Assembly: GCA_964016885.1 (NCBI GenBank)
Contig: OZ024756.1
Span: forward strand, 38,750,001 to 38,814,000
Length of the DNA: 64,000 nt
Reading direction: 5' to 3'
DNA from: Eledone cirrhosa
Lineage: Eukaryota
The position numbers and the translations under genes were made by a program. The notes beneath the pieces were generated by a model. The model was given only the letters and a program-made list of their open reading frames with translations, was not told the origin of the DNA and ran no database searches. Of the stretch, positions 27,685 through 40,758 are shown piece by piece (positions within the stretch are counted from its first letter, which is position 1; each line of letters opens with the position of its first letter).

Positions 27685-28062
27685 TATATAGGCACAAGGC
27701 CAGCAATTTTGGGGGAGGGGGAAGTCAATGAAGTCGACACCAATGCGTTACTGGTACTTTATTTTATCAACCTCCGTTTATCACCTCGGTGTGATTTGGA
27801 CTTAGGTCGTAAAGGGCCGTAACTCTATGCCGCTAACCATGGTGTCCGACGTAATAATTGTTTCTACTTTAAGCACAAGGCCACCAATCTGAAGAGGAGA
27901 AGTAAGATGGTTAAATCGACCCCAGTGCATTACTGGTATTTTATTTTATTGACCCCCGTAAGGATGAAAGGTAAAGTTAACCTCGGCGGTGTTTGAACTC
28001 AGAACGTAAATGGCCGCAACTCTATGCTGTAAAGCATGGTGTCCGTCGCTCTACCGATTCTA
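27685..28062 (-). mobile_element. Two tandem SINE S1 copies
   Basis: Two successive gcacaaggcc...actggta.ttt...ttaacctcgg...ttgaactcag units (about 27685-27850 and 27853-28062); a 3' part on + lies at 27091-27153. Confidence 0.8.
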
Positions 28063-28752
28063 ATAAAACAATGACAGTATTTGATACAGTCAAATGTTAT
28101 TGTTTCTTGTTTCAGATGTTTTACCACAGTGATAGCTGCCCCACCCCACCCCCACCCCACCTCCACCACCACTACCACCACCGCCACCACCAATACCACC
28201 CCCAACACTCCCGCCACCACTACCACCCCCAACACTCCCGCCACCACCACCACCACCACTACCACCCCCAACACTCCCGCCACCACCACCACCACCACTA
28301 CCACCCCCAACACCACCACCACCACCCCCAACACTCCCGCCACCGCCACCACTACCACCACCACCACCACCACTACCACCCCCAACACACGCGCCACCAC
28401 CACCACCACCACCATAAACCTATAAAGACCCTCTCTCTCTGACATGTTCACATTTCAGTGACGCCACTCATTACTCTCTCTCTCTCTCTTCCTGTCTATC
28501 TCTTTACACACCTACTTATATTAGCCCCCTCTCCCCCACACAAACACACACACATATATATATATATACACACACACAGATATATATATATATATATATA
28601 AATACACACACACACACAGATATATATATATACACACACACAGATAGATAGATATGTGTTCAAATCGTAAGGGACCAGATTCATTAGGGTGAAAAAAATA
28701 CTAACTATTAACAATAGGTTTGTCAAGTTCAGTCTTATTTTAGTCACTGTTG

Positions 28753-28788
<36 letters not shown>

Positions 28789-28861
28789 GGAAAACAAAGA
28801 ATCAGTGATGCATCAGAACTCAATTTATTACGTATAAGACATATATATATATATATCTATC

Positions 28862-28967
28862 TAAGGCGGGTAAAATTCCCGAGATCCATGGACGAGTTCT
28901 CTCCAGCGGTCTCTGTCCCTCATTATCGCTGCCATGTCCTGCATCTCCAACAGACCAGTGGTCTGTT

Positions 28968-28970
<3 letters not shown>
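28862..28970 (-). mobile_element. LINE (RTE-like) extreme 3' fragment between (TA)n
   Basis: Translates TTGLLEMQDMAAIMRDRDRWRELV. Confidence 0.6.
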
Positions 28971-29031
<61 letters not shown>

Positions 29032-29105
29032 GGAAGTTTAGTAAAATCGAAGTTTTGGCTGTGGCCAAGCTAACCATATACAATTAGAGGAATGTGCAGC
29101 AAGCA

Positions 29106-29137
<32 letters not shown>

Positions 29138-29454
29138 ACATATATATATATATGTATATATATATAAATGTGTGTGTGTGTGAGGGAGGGAGGGGGGTAT
29201 TACTGTATCAATTATTTACAACACAACAACAAAAGTGACGGCAAAAATAAAACAACAAACTAAAAAACCTACAAATAAAATTAAAGAAAAAAAGGGTTTG
29301 AGAGTGAAAGAAGTTGTTTCTTATATGTGTGTGTGTGTGTTGATAAGAACAGTGTGTGTATGTGTTGTGTGAGAGAGAGGAATACAACAGTGTGTGTGTT
29401 GTGTGAAAGAGAGAGGATAACGGTGTGTTGAGATAGATAGATAGGGAGAGAGAG

Positions 29455-29609
29455 AGGGTATAACAACAGTATATGTACTATGTGTGTGTGAGAGAGAGAG
29501 AGAGTATAACAACAGTATATGTACTATGTTGTGAGAGAGAGAGAGAGTATAACAACAGTATATGTACTATGTTGTGAGAGAGAGTATAACAACAGTATAT
29601 GTACTATGT

Positions 29610-29648
<39 letters not shown>

Positions 29649-29695
29649 AACAACAGTATATGTACTATGTTGTGAGAGAGAGAGAGAGAGAGAGG
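29455..29695. repeat. Compound repeat gtataacaacagtatatgtactatgttgt plus variable (GA)n, 5 copies
   Basis: Direct inspection. Confidence 0.85.
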
Positions 29696-30096
29696 GTAAC
29701 AAGAGTAGCTTCTATTGACAAGGGAGTAAGTGGCTGCTTCGTAAAAGACCGGTGTTGTCTTTTAGTTGAAGAAACAAATATAAAAAAACATATCCATAAA
29801 TATAATACAAAAAAAAAAGATCATAAAGAAAAATAAGACGAACGAAGAAAACAGGATCAAATTTTAAGGGCTGCAAACTTCTGGGAGTTTACTTGGTGGT
29901 GGAAGTATCTCTGCCGTGTATTTTTGGAGGGGTTTTATTCCATTACATTTCTGTAAGGATGACAGGGAAACTACTACTGTCAGGTAAGTTAATGGCAATT
30001 TGTTGGTCTTTTGTTGTTCTATTATAGATTTTTTTGTGTAGTTTTTTGTTAACATCTAGCATGTGCTTGTGTGTGTATACACACAAACACACACAC

Positions 30097-30490
<394 letters not shown>

Positions 30491-30608
30491 AATCTGTTAT
30501 ATATATATATATATATACATATATAAGTTTATCCCGGGTTCAATCTGGGGTAACCACAGTAAGTAAGGTACTCAATACAAAGCAGAGTATAAATATTTAA
30601 TATAGAAA

Positions 30609-30660
30609 GGGTTCTACAGGACTAGAACTGTTTCATTCGGGAGAAATCATCAGGAAGCCC
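30609..30660 (-). ncRNA. Type I hammerhead motif (family M element, about 30524-30662)
   Basis: GGGCTTC-CTGATGA-TTTC-TCCC-GAAT-GAAA-CAG-ttctagtc-CTG-TA-GAACCC; GUA cleavage triplet; a tail fragment also lies at about 46320-46360. Confidence 0.75.
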
Positions 30661-30691
<31 letters not shown>

Positions 30692-30692
<1 letters not shown>

Positions 30693-30807
30693 GAAAAGAT
30701 TCAGGACCCCGACGGCTGAGCTCCGGCCGTTTCGGCGGCTAGATCCGAACCGTATTGAGTACTCTGCGTTATGGTCCACCTGGTATCTTACCACACCCTC
30801 TTGGTTG

Positions 30808-30808
<1 letters not shown>
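30692..30808. mobile_element. Family B element: short arm (-) joined to distal tail (+)
   Basis: 30692-30750 matches the family B arm; 30754-30808 is the reverse complement of the distal part of 39478-39535; (TA)n on both sides. Confidence 0.8.
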
Positions 30809-30885
<77 letters not shown>

Positions 30886-30975
30886 CACACATATATATAT
30901 ATATGTATTTATACATATATATGTGCATACATACACATATGTATGTACACACACATATATACACGCACACATAAT

Positions 30976-31016
<41 letters not shown>

Positions 31017-31067
31017 ATGTGTGATGATATGTATGTATATGTGTGCATGTATGTATATGTATATATA

Positions 31068-31167
31068 CAGGGTGTCACAAAAAATCTATACACACTTTGA
31101 TTACTTGTACAGGCAATATTTATTAGAATGCTGTTGAAGTGTGTATACATTTTTGGGGGACATCCTG
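31068..31167. mobile_element. About 100-bp Tc1/mariner-type MITE
   Basis: TA|CAGGGTGTC.CAAAAA...TTTTTGGGGGACATCCTG|TA; another copy at 57688-57788. Confidence 0.85.
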
Positions 31168-31387
31168 TATATATGTTTATATATATATGTGTATATATAT
31201 ATATATATGAATATATATGCATATATATATGTGTGTATATATACACATGTATGTATATATATATATATATGTATATGTGTGTGTGTATAAATATATATAT
31301 ATTTTTATGCATACATGTATATATTCATATATGTATACATATATATATATATATATACACATGTATGTGTGTTTATATATATGTATA

Positions 31388-31458
<71 letters not shown>

Positions 31459-31826
31459 GCATATATGTATATATTCATATATGTATACAAATATATATAT
31501 ATATATACAAGTACACACACACACACACATATATATATATAATTTAACATATATACGTCCTACCTGATTTTCTACCTTACAGTGATCAGCTATTACTATG
31601 GTCATCTCCGTCAGGACGCACACATTTTAAATTGTGAAATTTGCCAAGTGTTCCTTAAGACAACCGTTTTGTTTATATACATAAATACCACGTTAAAGAA
31701 ATATACTGGGTAAAACATTTGTTTCGTTTTATTTGTCATCCTGTGCCATTTAGCATATTTCTACCTCATTGTACCGGCTTATTAGTCATTTATTATATAC
31801 ACACGCAGGGGCCTCGTTCGCCTTAA

Positions 31827-32738
31827 CCCTTTAGCATTTAAACCGGCCATATCCGGCCAGAATTCTCTCACCCCTTTCTGCTTAAACAGGCCATAACTGG
31901 CTGCTTATACTTATGTTAAGGTATTGTTCTCAAAATAAATAATATCAAAATCTCATAGATTTGATATTATGTGAGATAATTACTGCGAAAATACAATAGT
32001 ATATATAGAGTAATGTAAATGTTATGTGAGGTAAAGCCTTTACTGTGAAAATACAATAGTATATATAGAGTAATGTAAATGTTATGTGAGGTAAAGCCTT
32101 TTACTGTGAAAATACAATAGTATATATAGAGTAATGTAAATGTTATGTGAGGTAAAGCCTTTACTGTGAAAATATAATAGTATATATAGAGTAATGTAAA
32201 TGTTATGTGAGGTAAAGCCTTTACTGTGAAAATATAATAGTATATATAGAGTAATGTAAATGTTATGTGAGGTAAAGCCTTTACTGTGAAAATACAATAG
32301 TATATATAGAGTAATGTAAATGTTATGTGAGGTAAAGCCTTTACTGTGAAAATACAATAGTATATATAGAGTAATGTAAATGTTATGTGAGATATTATGT
32401 GAGGTAAAGACTTTACTGTGACAATACAATAGTATATATGGAGTAATGTAAATGTTATGTGAGATATTATGTGAGGTAAAGCCTTTACTGTGAAAATACA
32501 ATAGTATATATAGAGTAATGTAAATGTTATGTGAGATATTATGTGAGGTAAAGACTTTACTGTGAAAATATAATAGTATATGTAGAGTAATGTAAATGTT
32601 ATGTGAGGTAAAGCCTTTACTGTGAAAATACAATAGTATATATAGAGTAATGTAAATGTTATGTGAGATATTATGTGAGGTAAAGCCTTTACTGTGAAAA
32701 TATAATAGTATATATAGAGTAATCTAAATGGCAAAGGG
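31827..32738. mobile_element. piggyBac-type MITE carrying an internal 60/72-bp satellite (about 12 units)
   Basis: Same TIRs and TTAA as 8240-8471; the subterminal segment is tandemly amplified at about 31965-32725. Confidence 0.9.
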
Positions 32739-32876
32739 TTAAAAATGTGAGGGAAACAAACCAACATTTGTTGATTTTGAAAGGAACATAAATTGCTTAT
32801 GGTGCCTTTCCCGGGCCCTATCACATAAATAAAATTTTACGTTAATTAAATTTTATATATTCAAATGAAGTTCAGA

Positions 32877-32964
32877 TATAAAAAAATAAGCTTAAACAAA
32901 AAATAAAAGATAGACGTTTGAAAAACGTCTATCTTTTATTTTTTGTTTAAGCTTATTTTTTATA
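32877..32964. repeat. Near-perfect 88-bp palindrome
   Basis: tataaaaaaataagcttaaac...gacgttt gaa aaacgtc...gtttaagcttattttttata. Confidence 0.9.
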
Positions 32965-33067
32965 CATTCAATAAAAATATATATTATTTGGAAGTTTAAT
33001 TTTGTCGTTTGGGTTGATGAAGAAGAAAATCAGCTGAGCCAGGGTTATCTAATTTCTGAAGTCTAAT

Positions 33068-33672
33068 ATTAGTTTCTGGTTTAGGTACAAGTCCAACAAC
33101 TTTGGGGGAGGGGAAAATCGATTGAATTAACCCCAGTGCATTACTGGTATTTTATTTTATCGACCCTGTAAGGATGAAAGGTAAAGGTAACTTCAATAGG
33201 ATTTGAACTCAGATCGGAAAGGGCCGTAACTATACGCCTCAAAGCCTGTTGTCTGACGCTCCACCGATGCTGCCAATTCACCGTCTTTCTGTAATATTGC
33301 TGGTAACTTTAATTTTTATCCCCCTCTTCCTCAATTAAGACTGGACCATAGTTATGATCACGATAGCAACTCCGTCAGCTTCATTAAGATATTACATCGT
33401 AAGTATAACTATGATCCAGTCTTAATTGGGGCAAAGATAACCGTAGAGGTTTACTTAATGTCAGTTATGTGTGGCTAATAAAGAAACTATTATTCTATTG
33501 GCAGCATCGGTAGAGCGTCTGTCAACATGCATTGCGGTATTTGTTATGGTTCTTTGCTAAAAGGCAAAGTTAACCCCGGCAAAGCTAACCTTACGGGGTT
33601 GATAAAAGAAAGTACCAGTAACGCACTGGAGTCGATTTAAATTTCTACCTTGTGTCTAAATCAGAAAGCCAT
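33068..33672. mobile_element. Divergent SINE S1 pair (33068-33285 -, 33497-33672 +) around a 100-bp hairpin element (33332-33428)
   Basis: S1 motifs on opposite strands; caattaagactggaccatagttat / ataactatgatccagtcttaattg arms. Confidence 0.75.
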
Positions 33673-33911
33673 TAAGATAAGAAGTGATAAGTGAAATGTC
33701 CCTACAAACTACGATCTTGCCACCCAACAAAATTAATCTTGATTAAAAAGGTCACGAAATTTGTGATCAACCGTTTCATACTGATAACTTAAAATTTGTA
33801 GATGAAAATTGTTGCTTCGAATTATTTCTTTTGCCCCCAATTTGTTGTTGATATCAATACTGAAAACAGAGATTCTGTGAATGACATTTGGAATATGGGA
33901 CATTTGAGGAA

Positions 33912-34006
33912 CTACAGAACCACTTCTCTAGTAAAAACAGGTATTTCTATTCCCTCTTGGAACTTTTCAGTCACACAGATTGAATTCTCAGCCGACTTAT
34001 CCTTAA
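33912..34006 (-). CDS. Candidate terminal exon of an unidentified gene
   Basis: T-rich acceptor ...gtttgctaaagcag|; reads VKDKSAENSICVTEKFQEGIEIPVFTREVVL*; not recognised. Confidence 0.25.
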
Positions 34007-34505
34007 CTGCTTTAGCAAACATAAACACACTACACTTAAGAAAACACACACAGCCACATAAAGTCATCAGAATTCAACAGCTACACATACATATATATAC
34101 CCATACATACACATATATACACACATACATGTACACACATACACGTACATATATATACCCATACACACACACACACATATATATATATATACACATACAC
34201 ACACACGTCTACTATTGACACGTAAGCAATAACACATCATATATAAACAAAACTACAATTCAACAAATATACGCATACACGTCTACGATTGCTATAACCA
34301 CACACACACACACATACAAAACATCTACACACGTACACATACCAAACACGTACACACACATTTGCCTACATACACACAAAATAAATACATGGTTATCTAT
34401 ATATATATATACACAAAATATACACATTCTCCTTACTTATCTCTCTACACACCTAAATATAACACTCTTCCGATACACAGACACACACACACACACACAT
34501 GTATG

Positions 34506-34543
<38 letters not shown>

Positions 34544-34595
34544 TATAATATTAATTCAAAATATTAACAAAATAGATATTCTTGTGATCAAGTAT

Positions 34596-34660
34596 ATTTT
34601 ATTATACATATTTCAGAGGTACTGAGTTAACTTCAACAGTACGTCCTCATCAGATAAAAT
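34596..34660 (-). ncRNA. Minimal type I hammerhead motif (family A element, about 34548-34860)
   Basis: ATTTTAT-CTGATGA-GGACGTACTG...CAGTACCTCT-GAAA-TATGTA-TA-ATAAAAT. Confidence 0.75.
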
Positions 34661-34965
34661 AAGATGATGCATGACATACCCTGACATAGTAGATGGTTAA
34701 GATTCAGTCATGGTAGTGAGTAATATATGACAAAACTCAATATTTATATACCTTAATATTGAAAACATGAAAAAACCACATATAATACATATAATAGAGA
34801 GGGTGCGTGTGAGAAATCAGTCTTTGATTTATTCATTGAACCTTGTTTAACCTTTAAATGTATATATATATATATTAAGAAAGACATGAACGACACCACA
34901 TGATTTTGTATTGAAAATTTTGAAAGTAGGTTTATAAGTATGAATTTTCGATAGATTTTCGTAGC

Positions 34966-35160
34966 CGACTCAGTGGCCATGTGGTAAATACTAGAGACGG
35001 TGGAGTTCCTGGTCTTGGGTTCAATCCTGGTCCAGAGCTACATGTAAACATTTTCAGTTTTTATTTTAGAAAAAAACTGAAAAGGTTAACCTACTCCCGA
35101 CCAGGATCGAACTTCAGACCAGGATCACCACCGTCTATGATTCCTCCAACTGGGCCGCCT
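34966..35160. mobile_element. Two convergent tRNA-like Pol III units forming an inverted pair
   Basis: + strand: A-box TGGCCATGTGG, B-box GGTTCAATCC, T-run; - strand: CGGCCCAGTTGG, AGTTCGATCC, T-run; shared GACGGTGG...TCCTGGTCT body. Confidence 0.65.
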
Positions 35161-35273
35161 TTCCCCACTTAAAAAAGCCTTCAAAGTACAGACATTGCTT
35201 GTTCAGGGTCTTGCAATACTCTTAGGTCAAGGGATTGCAATACTCTTAGCAGAGTCTGCAGCCACTAAGTATA

Positions 35274-35312
<39 letters not shown>

Positions 35313-35494
35313 TCAGTATTAATGTGGTGTGGTAAATAAATATATATTATAGTTAAAACAGAAAACAAAAAACAAAAACAATGCGAAGAGTACAGTACAA
35401 AGTGTTAGTATTAGGTTCACACTTCAGGTCCGAGCACAAAGGCACCAAACTGTCACTGTCCCCATCTCTCCCACTCTCCCCATCTCTTACTATT

Positions 35495-35661
35495 GAATTG
35501 GCAGTATCGCCATGCTTTGACATAGAGTTACGGCACTTGCCATTCTGAGTTCAAATCCCACCGAGGTTAACTTTGCCTTTCATCCTTACGGGGTCGATAA
35601 AATAAAGTACCAGTAATGTGCTGGGTAATTGCTGGCCTTGTGCCAATAGTAGAAACAATTA
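35495..35661 (+). mobile_element. SINE S1 copy
   Basis: Close match to 6774-6960. Confidence 0.85.
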
Positions 35662-35662
35662 C

Positions 35663-36628
35663 GAACAAGTAGGGATACTCGCGCTGGCAGCCCCGCAGCC
35701 CTGGCGGACACAATAGAGAAGGTGTTTCTCCGGAGGAATGTGAGGGAGACGCGCTGGAAAAGTCATTGCAGCTCCTAGCAAGGCTCACACCTGCAGGTAG
35801 CTAACTCTGTGCCGATGGGGTGAGAAGGGAGGTGGTCCTAGGGTCAAAGATGCCAGAAGTCTCCACTGCTACGAGTAGCTAACTCTGTGCCGATGGGGTG
35901 AGAAGGGAGGTGGTCCTAGGGTCCAAGATGCCAGAAGTCTCCACTGCTACGAGTAGCTAACTCTGTGCCGATGGTGGTGAGAAGGGAGGTGGTCCTAGGG
36001 TCAAAGATGCCAGAAGTCTCCACTGCTACGAGTAGCTAACTCTGTGCCGATGGTGGTGAGAAGGGAGGTGGTCCTAGGGTCCAAGATGCCAGAAGTCTCC
36101 ACTGCTACGAGTAGCTAACTCTGTGCCGATGGTGGTGAGAAGGGAGGTGGTCCTAGGGTCAAAGATGCCAGAAGTCTCCACTGCTACGAGTAGCTAACTC
36201 TGTGCCGATGGTGGTGAGAAGGGAGGTGGTCCTAGGGTCCAAGATGCCAGAAGTCTCCACTGCTACGAGTAGCTAACTCTGTGCCGATGGTGGTGAGAAG
36301 GGAGGTGGTCCTAGGGTCAAAGATGCCAGAAGTCTCCACTGCTACGAGTAGCTAACTCTGTGCCGATGGTGGTGAGAAGGGAGGTGGTCCTAGGGTCCAA
36401 GATGCCAGAAGTCTCCACTGCTACGAGTAGCTAACTCTGTGCCGATGGTGGTGAGAAGGGAGGTGGTCCTAGGGTCAAAGATGCCAGAAGTCTCCACTGC
36501 TACGGGCTCGGCCACAAACCTGTCGCAGAGCAACCGATATTTGGAGAGTTTACCTTCCTCGGCCCGAAGTGCAGCAGAGCCAGGGTTGGTTGCAGACTGC
36601 ACCAGGTTTCCGCTGGAGAATGTGAACA
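35663..36628 (-). mobile_element. CRE-like (RLE-endonuclease) non-LTR retrotransposon 3' fragment with an internal 9 x 78/79-bp array
   Basis: SATNPGSAALRAEEGKLSKYRLL..RFVAEPVAVETSG...LLTTIG and downstream LFQRVSLTFLRRNT resemble the CRE C-terminal AE..K..KY / P.A.ET.G / QR.S....RGN motifs; array at 35797-36504; an unamplified copy lies at about 46228-46315 (+). Confidence 0.8.
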
Positions 36629-36893
36629 TAACTATAGATAATCTTTAGAATAGGAAGAACTCAGTGTGAGTGGAACTGACAAATTCCAAAGTTATTTCTT
36701 TGTCAACTCATTTCTCTGGAGCAAGTGACGGTATAAGGACGGGGGGTAACAAAACAAAAACAAGAGCCCCTCCCCCCATCACAGAGAGAATGAGAGGTGG
36801 AGGAGAGGGCGAGAAAGGGAGATGGGGGGGGGGCGAGAAAGAGAGTGAAGGAGGAAGAAAAAGAAAAGAGATAGAGGGATGGAAAGACAGACA

Positions 36894-36955
<62 letters not shown>

Positions 36956-38683
36956 GGAAGAAAAAGAAAAGAGATAGAGGGATGGAAAGATAGACAGAGG
37001 GAGAGAGTGAGAGATAGTGAAAGAGGGAGAAAAAGAAACGAGAGAGAAAGAGAAAAAGGAGAGTGAGAGAGAGAGCTCTCTCTCTCTCTCTCTCTTTTAC
37101 TTCTTCAAATTCAAGAACTTTATGCTGAAAACAGTAGAATAAGCTGCTGTTGGTGCTGCTACTGTTGCTGCTGACACGGCTGTTGGTGAAGCTGACGATG
37201 TTGTTTATAGCTGAGGATGCTGTTTATAGTTAAGATAGTTTCTTAAAGGGATGCTGTTGTAAACACGATAGTGTCTGTGGTGATAGAAGCTCATTATAAA
37301 ACTGACAACGATAAGCAATAAATAAATAAACTGCAATAGTACATAAGATAAATCACAATTAATTATTCCTTTCCACTGTAAGAGGAAGCAGGTAATTTTA
37401 ACTTTTGTTTTAATAGACATTTTGGTTTTTCTTATTAAATTATCTGATTTTTGCCACATGGCGACTGGAATAAAATTTTGTGGAAAACCGCCCAATATAA
37501 TATTCGTTGCTGAATTACAACACCTTTTCAGCTATCTACAATGAACCTCACAAGTAGGGTTTTCATTCATTTTAAATTAGTTATAAACTTGATACATGAC
37601 AGGAAACACACTTTTAACGGTTACAAGGAAACATCCGTCTGGTTTTCTTGGCTTTCGTTTGTGAAAGTATAAAAATTAAAGACTAACAAGTTTTGCCAGT
37701 GTCGACATTACCTGCACCACAGACCACTTCCCACTCCACACTCATCACTTCTCATCTTAGTTACCCTCTCATGTCAGTAACATGTTCTACCACAATATAT
37801 ATTTCCTAGTCGGCTTCAAACATAATTTTAAGTTTTTTTTTTCGTGATTCTATCAACATTGCCCAGACTTTTGTAATTTCTAATTCCTCCGTTCAGGCCA
37901 TGACAGATCTGCCAACCTCTGAAGACCTAAACGGGGAGAAATGAGGCAAAATGGGGAGATTTTACATAATGAAAGCTATACCCATTTTCATAAGAGAAGA
38001 CATCTGTCACCCACCCCAAAGTGTGTAGATCTCCCCTTCGTGCGGGGTGAGTTGACAGGTCTGCTATGCTATTTCTCGATCTTATCCTCTTCTTTATCAG
38101 ACACTCTGTTATCATCTGAAGATTCTATATCGATTATTCTGCGGTGTCTTTTCCATTCATTTTATTTTACAATAACAATGTCTGGTCTTCTAATCTCAAT
38201 CATTTAATCACATTAGAATTTAAAACCCTACAACAATGGAATGGCTCGCCCAACGGGTCTCCCTCACCATCCTCAAGTTATTCTCTCCACTCTGTTGAGA
38301 CACCTGACTTCTGTAATGTTGCCAGATGCCTACCTACAGTTTTCTGACAATCCTACTTGTGGTAGGTCAACTCTTGCATTCTGTAGAGGTTTAGTTTTTA
38401 AGTAACTTCCCAACCTATAGAGTAGAGAAGGACCTTTAGTTGAGTCAGTGACAGACAAACTCCTTAATGTTGGTGCTACAATAAACTGCACCAAGTACAC
38501 TCTGTAAAGTGGTGTTAGGAAGGACATCTAGAACATCAAAACTTACCACACAGTGTTGAGAGATTATCTCGTCCTTACGGGATTGTTATTAAGATTTAGA
38601 TGTGTTTAGTTATTTATTTCAGAAGCTTCTAACTTAAACAATTTCAAGTGTCTTTTGTTGTTATGAAAACTAAAAAGGAAGGG

Positions 38684-38930
38684 TAAGACAAGGACTCTAG
38701 GGTCACAGAAGGATGGGAGGGGGGTAAGAGAGGGGGTGGGGGTGGGTAAGACAAGGACTCTAGGGTCACAGAAGAATGGGGAGGGTGAGAGGAAGGATAA
38801 GACAAGGACTCTGGGTCACAGAAGAATGGGGAGGGTGAGAGGAAGGATAATACAAGGACTCTGGGTCACAGAAGAATGGGGAGGGTGAGAGGAAGGATAA
38901 GACAAGGACTCTGGGTCACAAAAGAATAGG
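38684..38930. repeat. About 50-bp purine-rich minisatellite, 5 copies
   Basis: taagacaaggactctgggtcacagaagaatggggagggtgagaggaagga. Confidence 0.85.
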
Positions 38931-39205
38931 GAGGAGGAGAAGGATGGGCTCTGGGCTCAAGGGCTCGGCGGTATATATTTATTCCATGATGTGAATGACG
39001 TCAATCTATATTGGTGAACTGTGAGAAGAACAGAAGTGTTGTCTAGCTTTTGTAGCTGATATGTGGCGAGCAGCAACAACCGCGTGCTGCGGGAGCACTT
39101 TCAAAACATTGAGATAATTAATGAGGTACTTGTGAGTGTGTGCGTGTATGTGTGTATGTGTGTGTGTGATAGATAGATAGATGGATATATATATATATAT
39201 ATATA

Positions 39206-39418
39206 GTAATAATAATAAATGTGAAGACTAAAATCCAAAGAGAGCTCGATAAGGATAAATATATATCAAATATATAAGAACCGTAGAGCAAATATTTATT
39301 AAAATAACAGATTAAAGTTTAAGCAAAGAATCGCTGCTTTCACCCTTAACGGGATCTTCTTAAGGGTGAAAGCACCGATTCTTTGCTTAAACTTTAATCT
39401 GTTATTTTAATAAATAAA
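39206..39418. mobile_element. Family C fold-back copy
   Basis: Long arm (-) then short arm (+), with the turn at about 39350-39360 inside the hammerhead-like core; (TA)n on both sides. Confidence 0.85.
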
Positions 39419-39424
39419 TAAATA

Positions 39425-39477
<53 letters not shown>

Positions 39478-39478
<1 letters not shown>

Positions 39479-39669
39479 CGAAGGAAGTGTGGCAAGGAAC
39501 CAGGTGGACCATAATCCACCAGCGTACTCGATACTTAGGGTAGTAGAGTGGGTAATAGGAAAAGAGTCAGGACCCCGACGGCTGAGCTCCGGCCGTTTCG
39601 ACAGCTATTTCTGAAATAGCTGTCGAAACGGCCGGGGCTTAGCCGTCGGGGTCCTGACTCTTTTCCTAT
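39478..39669. mobile_element. Family B fold-back element in (TA)n
   Basis: Inverted arms span 39555-39669; each arm read outward has ctgtcGAAACggccg; other copies at 46407-46628, 55223-55353, 62279-62473 and 30692-30808. Confidence 0.9.
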
Positions 39670-39671
39670 AA

Positions 39672-39703
<32 letters not shown>

Positions 39704-40583
39704 GGAGAGAGAGAGAGGGAGGGAGAGAGAGTGAGGGAGAGAGAGTGAGTGAGAGAGAGAGAGATGTTTTTCTCTTGTTACCTATGTGCGCCACAATATG
39801 TCTTATAGCTGCTTTGGTGTGGAGTATTAGACTAACTGTATTTGATATGAAGCCACCCACATACTGCTATAGTAAACTGTGAGCTTATCAGTAGTAAGAT
39901 ATATATTACAACCATGTATAGCCCACCAATCGCTCTATTGACGTTATTGGTGCTATTTGGACCAGGTATAGAATTTCTGTCATCAAATCCTTAATAAGAA
40001 AACTATACTTCTAGCCACATACTGTAATAAACAGTATGAGGTTTTACAACTGAAAACTAAGGCCAATTAGAAAAACGTATATAGCAACACTGAGGTAAAT
40101 GATATTGTTTAACAATTTAATAGACAAATATTAATCAGTAATAAATCAGAGAATCTTAGTAATATATTCAAGGCTACAGAACTATATTGAGGTTCTATCC
40201 AGCAGTGAATCCTCAACGGCTGGATATCCCCCCCCCATCCAACTCCAAGTCTACAGAAATACACTGGTTGAAAAATAAACAAGGAACCTAAATCGCTCAT
40301 TTAAAATAAGTAAAAGCGTTTCTTTAATTCGCAGAACTTTATAACAATAGATATGTTTCTTTATTAGCCACAGGGGCACAAAAGAAGGGGACAAATACAA
40401 AGGGGGAAGTTTACATACAATAAGAACTTTATAACAATAGATAGGCTTCAGGTGGACACAAAAAGCCAAATTTGCTATTTTCAGTTGGGTATTTGTGTCA
40501 ACCCTTACTTATGGTCATGGAACTTGGGTAATGACCCCGAAAGAATATGATCGCCGAATACAAGCGGCCGAAATTGGGTTCCT

Positions 40584-40712
40584 CACTCCTCGTCCTTCTC
40601 CTGAAGAAATCTGCTGTATTCAGACCTGGAGAGGAAATGGGCTCCACCAGGTTTAAAAGAAATACTGTGTCAATACGGCGCCCCTACGACTCCCTCAAGA
40701 GTGACGGAACCA
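40584..40712 (+). mobile_element. Unclassified dispersed repeat (possible LINE/SINE 3' end)
   Basis: gaagaaatctgctgt...cctggaga...atgggc...ggtttaaaa...ctacgactccc; similar at 54118-54256 (+) and more diverged at 62058-62195 (-). Confidence 0.6.
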
Positions 40713-40727
40713 TACATATATATATAT

Positions 40728-40758
<31 letters not shown>

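Noticed and set aside
33802-34218. 138-aa plus-strand ORF
   Set aside because: Its 3' third is (CA/TA) repeat and it has no recognisable motif; the opposite strand is the better exon candidate.
38996-39130. TGACGTCA site and exon-like VASSNNRVLREHFQNIEIINE|gt
   Set aside because: There is an in-frame stop right after the best acceptor, and a single motif is not enough for a promoter call.
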